Positions 58,051-64,000 of a DNA stretch of 64,000 nucleotides are shown in pieces. This DNA comes from an uncultured Desulfosarcina sp. (lineage in GTDB: Bacteria > Desulfobacterota > Desulfobacteria > Desulfobacterales > Desulfosarcinaceae). Numbering within the stretch: the stretch's first letter is position 1; each line of letters begins with the position of its first letter. Location of the stretch: the NCBI GenBank assembly GCA_963674945.2, contig CAXXWQ010000003.1, positions 2,048,001 through 2,112,000 of the forward strand, read 5' to 3'. The notes under the pieces are model-generated. The model did no database searches. It had not been told where the DNA came from and saw nothing but the letters and a program-made list of their open reading frames with translations. The translations under genes and the position numbers were made by a program.

Positions 58051-61000
58051 ATGATGATGAATCTGCAAATGCCGTCCCGTGACCGGTTTATCCCGAACCG
58101 TTTGTTTATCCGGATCAGACGATGGGCTCGGTGCCTTTTCTTCTCGTCCATCGTCCTTCTTCTGTTTTCTTACAATCCATCTTTCGCCCTGGCTGGGAAG
58201 GTGAGCATCCTGGAGATCGACATCAACAGCTACCAGGTTGCCAAGGCCATGGGACGACTGGATCTGCCGAAAGCCATCGAAACCCGATTTTTCACCATTT
58301 CCGACCTGACGGACAATCCATCGGCGAAGGCGTTTCTTGCCGACTCGAAGATCATCTTCGTTAATGTGATGCATCCGGAACTGGCCAATTATCCGGTGGA
58401 TGCGGGACTCATGGATGGACGGTACGTATACGCCCTCAATCCGGCGGGTGATCCCGAGGCCCTCGGGAAAAAGGGGTACCGGTTCGATGACGAGGTCATG
58501 GCCTATTATCGTCACCGCAGTGTCACCAACATGGTAAACATGGTGCGCATGGTCGTGGCCCGGCATATGGATCCTTCGCTACCCTATGGCTCTTTGGAAA
58601 AGACACCCGAGGTGTGCATTCACCACCCGGATGCAAAACAACTTTTCACCCGACCGTCCGACTATTGGCAGTGGAACGCCAAACGCGACGGGTTTGATCC
58701 GGATCAACCGAGGGTGGGCATCCTTTGTTATTCCGCGATGCTCAAGGAGGGGCAGGTGGAGGCGGCCGATGATTTGATCCGCCAACTGGAGGCGGCGGGT
58801 TTCGCCGTGCTGCCCTGTTTCGGATCGGCCCGGAAGATCATATCCACGTTTCTTCGCCCGGAGAACGGCCGGTCTCCGGTTGACATGGTCCTGGCCTTTT
58901 CCCTGAAATTCTCTTCGGCCATCGACGATGAGCTTCGAAAATCCCTGGTTGAACTGGATGCGCCGGTCTTCGACGTGATCCGTCCCTTCGGGGAAACCAT
59001 CGATGAGTGGAAAAAGAGCGAGGTGGGCCTGGGGCCCATGGAGACGGTCTGGGCCGTTGCCACGCCCGAGTTTTCCGGTTCCATCGAACCGAGCGTGATC
59101 ATGGGGAAGAAGCGGGTTGTGGATCCTGTTACCGGCCGGCCATTGTTCATCTACGAGACGATTCAGGAGACGGTGGGTTTTCTCATTCCCCGCCTGAAAA
59201 AGTGGGCGCAGCTGCAGAAAATGGCCAATGGGGACAAGAAGGTCGCCATCTTCTACTATAATCACAGCCAGGGAAAACAGAACATCGCCGCCGCCTACCT
59301 CAACGTATTTCGAAGCCTGGAGTCGATTTTAGGCCGCCTCGTTGCCGAAGGGTACACGGTGGACACGACCGTTCGTCTCACCGAAGAACGGCTCCAGAAA
59401 ATGGTTCTGGCAGGGGGACGCAACATCGGTTCATGGGCGCCCGGAGAACTGGATGCCATGATGGCCGAAGGAGAGGTGGAGACCGTCGACCTTGCCACCT
59501 ACAAGGCCTGGTTCGACCAGCTTCCCGAGGCGTTCACCAAACCGGTCCTGGCCCAATGGGGGCCGCCGGAAGATTGCGCCATCATGACCCGGGATAATCG
59601 GATGGTGTTTCCCATGGTCAAACTGGGAAGTATTGTGATCTTGCCTGAGCCGGCCCGGGGCTGGACCGATGATCCCATGAAACTATACCATGACAAGACC
59701 CTTTTCCCCCATCATCAATATATCGCGGCCTATCTCTGGCTTTCCCGGGTCTTTCATGCCGATGCCATGATTCATCTGGGCACCCACGCCACATATGAAT
59801 GGCTGCCGGGCAAACAGGTGGGGCTGGCGCCATGGGATCCGCCCGAAATCATGACCGGTGCCATCCCCAACATCTATCCCTACATCGTGGACGACGTGGG
59901 GGAAGGAATTCAGGCCAAACGAAGGGGTCGTGGAGTGGTCATCGACCATCTGACACCCCCCATGAAAAAAGCGGATCTGTACCACGAATACGCCAAGCTG
60001 CATGACCTGTATCACAAATACGAAATCTCTGTTGCCAACGGCAGCGAAACGGCATCCGCCTATATGGAGAAGGTACAGGCCCTCGTTCGGGAGATGGGAA
60101 TCGCCAACGACCTGGGACTCGACCGGTTGGACGAGGAAGCCATGGAGAAGGTTCATCTCTATCTTCACGAAATCGACAACAATTCCCTGCCATACGGTCT
60201 TCACACCTTCGGCAGGGCCTATGATGAAGCGGCGGCATCGGAGACCGTGGACCTGATCATCGAGCAGAATCCCGATGCGGACCCCGAAAATGTAAAAGCG
60301 GATCTTTCCCGCAGCGCAAAAGACGAGATGGACAACCTGATCCGAGGCTTGAACGGACGGTATGTGCCGGCAGGGGAGGGCAATGATCCGCTGCGGAATC
60401 TGGCGGCCCTTCCCACGGGGAGGAATTTTTACGGGTTCTCTCCTGCCAAGGTTCCTTCCAAGGCAGCCTGGACCATCGGAAAACGGGCCGCCGAACAGAT
60501 GATCCAGGAGAAGTTGGCCAAGACGGGCGACTATCCCCAAAAGGTCGGCATCGTCCTGTGGGCCACGGAAACCACCCGAAACGAGGGCGTCAACGAGAGC
60601 ACGATCCTGTACCTGATGGGTATCGAGCCGGTATGGGATGCCACGGAGAGGGTAACGGGCAGCCGGGTGATTCCCGGTGCCGTTCTCCGCCGGCCCCGCA
60701 TCGACGTGCTGATCAATCCTTCCGGACTGTACCGGGACATGTTTCCCGACAAGCTGGTTTTTCTGGACGAGGCGGTCGAAAAGGCCATGGCCCAGACCGA
60801 CATCGAAAACCTCCTGGCCAAGCACAATGCCGCCATCGAAAAACGGCTCATGGATGCCGGCATGGATGAAGCCGAGGCCAAATCCCAGAGCCGGTTTCGC
60901 ATCTTCACCGAACAGGTCGGTTCCTACGGCAACGGGGTCGCGGAAATGGCCAGTGCCTCCGGGCTATGGGAGGAAGACGATGCCGTCAGCGACGTCTATC

Positions 61001-62037
61001 TCAACCGGGTGCAGTTTGCCGTCGGACAGGGCAAATGGGGGGTGCCGGTGCGCGCCGCCTTCACCGAGAATCTTCGCGACGTGGACGTGGCGGTCCATTC
61101 CAGGTCCACCAACGTCATCGGTATCATCGATACGGATGATTTCTTCATGTACCTGGGGGGAATGTCCCTGGCTGTCAAGAATCTTTCGGGAAAGGCCCCG
61201 GACACCATGGTGACCCTGCACCGTCGAAAGGATGAAATCCGGGTGGAGGATGTGGAAAAGACCATCGGCCGTGAGATGCGAACCCGCTATCTCAATCCCC
61301 AGTGGATCGAGGGGATGAAAAAGGACAACTACGGCGGCGCCCGACAGATGGCCGATTTTGCCGAGAACCTGTGGGGGTGGCAGGTGACGGTCCCCACAGC
61401 CGTGGATGCGGACAAGTGGGAACAGGTCTACGAGGTCTACGTGAAGGACAAGTATGACCAGGATCTGGCCGCCTTCTTCGACAAACACAACCCATGGGCC
61501 TACCAGTCCATGACCGCCCGCATGCTGGAGACGGTGAGAAAAGGGTACTGGCAGGCCGACGATGAAATTCGACAGAAACTTGCCGTGGAGTATGCCGTGA
61601 ACGTGGTGGAAAAGGGGGTGGCATGCTGCGACCACACCTGCAACAACCCCATGCTCAACCAGATGGTGGTCAACATCATCTCATTGCCCGGCGTCATGTC
61701 TCCGGAAATGGTGGAGAAGTTCAAACTGGCCATCGAGAAGATGGCGGCCCGGTCCCTGGAAGACCAGGCCAAAATGCGCCGGGAACTTTTAGAAAAATTG
61801 AAAGCGGCCCCCGGCCAAAAGGAATCGGCTAACGATCCGCCCAAGGCCGAAGATGCCGATCGCGCTTCACAGGATGTTGGTGCCGCTGACGCCGAACAGG
61901 TCGAAGGATACAAGATGGAGGATATCGACACCAATGATACCTCGACCGATCTTACATCATCGGGGGTTCAATGGATTGCCTCCCTGTTCGTGATTTTCGT
62001 TATCGGGGCGTTTGTGTGGGGAACCAAACGAAAATAA
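58051..62037 (+). CDS. Exported, C-terminally anchored CobN/chelatase-H family protein (BtuS/HmuS-like; start 58033-58069)
   Basis: Signal peptide ending ALA; HLGTHATYEWLPGK, LPTGRNFY, SGLYRD, LNPQWIEGM and GVACCDHTC motifs; final TM plus KRK. Confidence 0.88.
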   Translation: MMMNLQMPSRDRFIPNRLFIRIRRWARCLFFSSIVLLLFSYNPSFALAGKVSILEIDINSYQVAKAMGRLDLPKAIETRFFTISDLTDNPSAKAFLADSKIIFVNVMHPELANYPVDAGLMDGRYVYALNPAGDPEALGKKGYRFDDEVMAYYRHRSVTNMVNMVRMVVARHMDPSLPYGSLEKTPEVCIHHPDAKQLFTRPSDYWQWNAKRDGFDPDQPRVGILCYSAMLKEGQVEAADDLIRQLEAAGFAVLPCFGSARKIISTFLRPENGRSPVDMVLAFSLKFSSAIDDELRKSLVELDAPVFDVIRPFGETIDEWKKSEVGLGPMETVWAVATPEFSGSIEPSVIMGKKRVVDPVTGRPLFIYETIQETVGFLIPRLKKWAQLQKMANGDKKVAIFYYNHSQGKQNIAAAYLNVFRSLESILGRLVAEGYTVDTTVRLTEERLQKMVLAGGRNIGSWAPGELDAMMAEGEVETVDLATYKAWFDQLPEAFTKPVLAQWGPPEDCAIMTRDNRMVFPMVKLGSIVILPEPARGWTDDPMKLYHDKTLFPHHQYIAAYLWLSRVFHADAMIHLGTHATYEWLPGKQVGLAPWDPPEIMTGAIPNIYPYIVDDVGEGIQAKRRGRGVVIDHLTPPMKKADLYHEYAKLHDLYHKYEISVANGSETASAYMEKVQALVREMGIANDLGLDRLDEEAMEKVHLYLHEIDNNSLPYGLHTFGRAYDEAAASETVDLIIEQNPDADPENVKADLSRSAKDEMDNLIRGLNGRYVPAGEGNDPLRNLAALPTGRNFYGFSPAKVPSKAAWTIGKRAAEQMIQEKLAKTGDYPQKVGIVLWATETTRNEGVNESTILYLMGIEPVWDATERVTGSRVIPGAVLRRPRIDVLINPSGLYRDMFPDKLVFLDEAVEKAMAQTDIENLLAKHNAAIEKRLMDAGMDEAEAKSQSRFRIFTEQVGSYGNGVAEMASASGLWEEDDAVSDVYLNRVQFAVGQGKWGVPVRAAFTENLRDVDVAVHSRSTNVIGIIDTDDFFMYLGGMSLAVKNLSGKAPDTMVTLHRRKDEIRVEDVEKTIGREMRTRYLNPQWIEGMKKDNYGGARQMADFAENLWGWQVTVPTAVDADKWEQVYEVYVKDKYDQDLAAFFDKHNPWAYQSMTARMLETVRKGYWQADDEIRQKLAVEYAVNVVEKGVACCDHTCNNPMLNQMVVNIISLPGVMSPEMVEKFKLAIEKMAARSLEDQAKMRRELLEKLKAAPGQKESANDPPKAEDADRASQDVGAADAEQVEGYKMEDIDTNDTSTDLTSSGVQWIASLFVIFVIGAFVWGTKRK

Positions 62038-62041
62038 AATT

Positions 62042-62122
62042 CACAGTTCGAAACCGAGAACGGAGAACAGTGAACCGAGAACGGAGAACAGTGAACCGAG
62101 AACGGAGAACCGAGAACCGAGA
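62042..62122. repeat. GWGAACN heptamer array
   Basis: GAGAACG-GAGAACA-GTGAACC repeated, forming a 21-bp higher-order unit. Confidence 0.9.
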
Positions 62123-62132
62123 AAGGTGAGCC

Positions 62133-62882
62133 ATGTTACTTAAGAGTCTCATATTCGGTATTGCCTTCAGCATGGGCATTTTTGCCATAAAAAGCGGCGT
62201 GGGGGCAGCCTATGTGGTGGGGCGGCATAGAAAAAAAACGAAGATCGCCTTAGACATTTTCCTTTTTGTACTCGTTTACGGGATCGTATTTGCAGCAGCA
62301 TCAATCGTGCTCTCCCGAGTGGATCCGGTGGCCCACTTGGCCGCTTTTCAGGGATTTTTTCGTTCGGGAACCCTCGTTCATCTGCTTTTGGCCGCCTTGA
62401 TGGCCGCCTGGGGGGTGGCGCTGCTTCGACGGAACCCGAAAACGGCATCGAAAAGTCGGGGTTGGCTAATGTTGGTGGTGCCCTGCCCGCTATGTGTGGC
62501 GGTCATCCTTTTGTCAATGGGGTTTTTACTGGCAGGCTTTCCCGATCATCCTCGAATGGTCGTGTCGCTGTTCTTCATTGCCTTCGTGATGATCGCCCTG
62601 GCCGCTCTCGGTGTGGCGCGCCGGTATGGTCGCAACCACCCGGAAATCTCTCCCGAATCCTTTCTGGGAAGTGCCATGTTGCTCATTGCCGCCTATTTTC
62701 TCGTATCCATGACCGTCATGCCACTGTTTGGCGAACTGAATGAGGTGTATCGCCTGGCCCGTTATCGCGGACCGAATGCGGTGCAATCCTACGTTCCCAT
62801 GATTTCCCTTGCCATTTGCATCGTCACGGCTTTTTCCGTTGGTTTTGTGGCGTCCGATAGAAAAATAAGGAGAACGATATGA
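62133..62882 (+). CDS. DUF2162-family membrane protein
   Basis: FAIKSGVG, G..VH and PCPLC motifs; multi-TM; sits between the CobN-like and MotA-like genes. Confidence 0.75.
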   Translation: MLLKSLIFGIAFSMGIFAIKSGVGAAYVVGRHRKKTKIALDIFLFVLVYGIVFAAASIVLSRVDPVAHLAAFQGFFRSGTLVHLLLAALMAAWGVALLRRNPKTASKSRGWLMLVVPCPLCVAVILLSMGFLLAGFPDHPRMVVSLFFIAFVMIALAALGVARRYGRNHPEISPESFLGSAMLLIAAYFLVSMTVMPLFGELNEVYRLARYRGPNAVQSYVPMISLAICIVTAFSVGFVASDRKIRRTI

Positions 62883-63520
62883 TCGATCCGGGTGCACTGC
62901 TCAAGACCATTATTTACCTCATCTCCTCTTCACTGCTCTATCCGGTTTTATTGCTGCTCGTATTGTTGGCCCTGTTTATCGTGGTGTATGCGGGGTCCTT
63001 CTTTGCCGAATGGCTGGGACGCATTCGGCTTTCTCCCTGTGACCCGACAAAACTGCCGGCCATCTTGAAAAAGGGGCAGCCGGCGCCGGTGGTCTCCCAT
63101 CGTGTCAATGGTTATGTCCAGGATTTGCATAAGATGCGCGGTGCGAACCAGACAGACGAGGTCATCGTCGAGAACCTGCTACAGGAGAGGTCTTTGTCCC
63201 TATGGAAGTCCATGGACCGGCTGCGCATCCTGGTCCGCGTCGCGCCCGCCCTGGGGCTGATCGGCACCCTGATTCCCATGGGCACGGGGTTGGCCGCCTT
63301 GGGCCAGGGGGACATGACGAGACTGACCACGGATCTGGTCATCGCCTTTACCACCACAGTGGTGGGACTGGCCATCGGCACCCTGGCGTTTTTCTTCTAC
63401 ACCATCAGACGGCGCTGGATCGAGCAGGATGTGAAAAATATGGAACTGGCCACGGAGGTATTCATGGATGACAACGAACGGAGCGTATATGAAATACGTA
63501 ACGCAGCGTCGAATGCGTAA
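62879..63520 (+). CDS. MotA/TolQ/ExbB-family protein (HmuU-like)
   Basis: APALGLIGTLIPMG and AFTTTVVGL motifs. Confidence 0.85.
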   Translation: MIDPGALLKTIIYLISSSLLYPVLLLLVLLALFIVVYAGSFFAEWLGRIRLSPCDPTKLPAILKKGQPAPVVSHRVNGYVQDLHKMRGANQTDEVIVENLLQERSLSLWKSMDRLRILVRVAPALGLIGTLIPMGTGLAALGQGDMTRLTTDLVIAFTTTVVGLAIGTLAFFFYTIRRRWIEQDVKNMELATEVFMDDNERSVYEIRNAASNA

Positions 63521-63863
63521 GGCCGGCCGTGGTTTTGGAGACACGGCGTTCCGGGACGATGATCCCATGACCGGCGTCGCCAATCTCTTCGATATCGGAC
63601 TGGTCTTCATCGTGGGGCTGTTGTTGACGCTGTTTTCCGCCTATCGACTCCAGGATCTGTTCGACGAGAATTCAAATATGACCATCATGAAACAAAAGGA
63701 AAGCGGCGAGATGGAAATCATCACCAAGAAGGGAAAGAAAATCAAGGCCACCCGGGTGACACGGGAAACCGCCCAGGGCGAGGGCAGTCGGTTGGGCGTG
63801 GCGTATCGGTTGGCGGATGGGACCATGGTATATGTCCCAGATGAATCAATGACGTCTCCGTAA
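63489..63863 (+). CDS. DUF2149-family protein (HmuV-like; alternative start 63468)
   Basis: DDPMTGVANLFDIGLVF and G.RLG.AYRL.DG.MVYVP motifs. Confidence 0.82.
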   Translation: MKYVTQRRMRKAGRGFGDTAFRDDDPMTGVANLFDIGLVFIVGLLLTLFSAYRLQDLFDENSNMTIMKQKESGEMEIITKKGKKIKATRVTRETAQGEGSRLGVAYRLADGTMVYVPDESMTSP

Positions 63864-63976
63864 AAAGCTCGATATCGGCGTTACGCGTATCCCTCGTCAC
63901 TGCGGAGTATTTTCTGTATACAGCCTCATTCCTCGGGAACCGCAAGCCTTGATCTCGAGCTTTTTACGAAGCCGTT
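63851..63976. repeat. ~125-bp MITE/REP-like element, copy 2
   Basis: GACGTCTCCGTAAAAAGCTCGA...TCGAGCTTTTTACGAAGCCGT; similar to 21315-21439; supplies the DUF2149 stop codon. Confidence 0.85.
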
Positions 63977-64000
63977 CAGAACCTGCTTTTTCTGCAAATT

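Noticed and set aside
61621..61645. CCDHTC as a heme c attachment site for the CcsBA-like pair
   Set aside because: Not a CXXCH spacing; it looks like the Cys/His motif near the C-terminus of exported CobN-like proteins.

Overview
Bacterial chromosomal window, probably from a sulfate-reducing deltaproteobacterium (Desulfobacterales-like; this is inferred from gene content and repeat style, not from a search). 1-0.6 kb: 3' end of a tyrosine integrase converging on tRNA-Phe(GAA), i.e. a probable att junction of an integrated element. 0.6-16.4 kb: housekeeping genes (SLC13/TrkA-C permease, leuD, leuC, lepA, REC-GGDEF protein, PfpI-like protein, pstSCAB-phoU-phoBR with 11-bp-spaced YTAAC boxes). 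16.6-22.4 kb: accessory genes (LbH acyltransferase, TPR-like protein, small protein, large transposase, PAS-LuxR regulator). 22.7-63.9 kb: a ~41-kb corrinoid/cobalt locus with six cobalamin riboswitches. It encodes three TonB-dependent receptors, a TtpC-type TonB system, BtuFCD-like ABC importer, NiCoT plus DUF1007, CbiZ, a cytoplasmic CobN with ChlI/ChlD-type ATPases, a second exported CobN-like protein with DUF2162/MotA/DUF2149 partners (HmuSTUV-like layout), a deleted third cobN relic, a radical SAM/SPASM enzyme, an ABC-2 exporter with a His-rich tail, and a putative beta-propeller surface protein ending in a CFI-box. The most unusual element is a CcsA/ResB (cytochrome c maturation System II)-like pair placed first in a B12-riboswitch operon with no evident apocytochrome. 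Intergenic regions, and some coding regions, carry several families of 7-bp tandem repeats and MITE/REP-like elements. All functional calls come from motif recognition only; no database searches were run.
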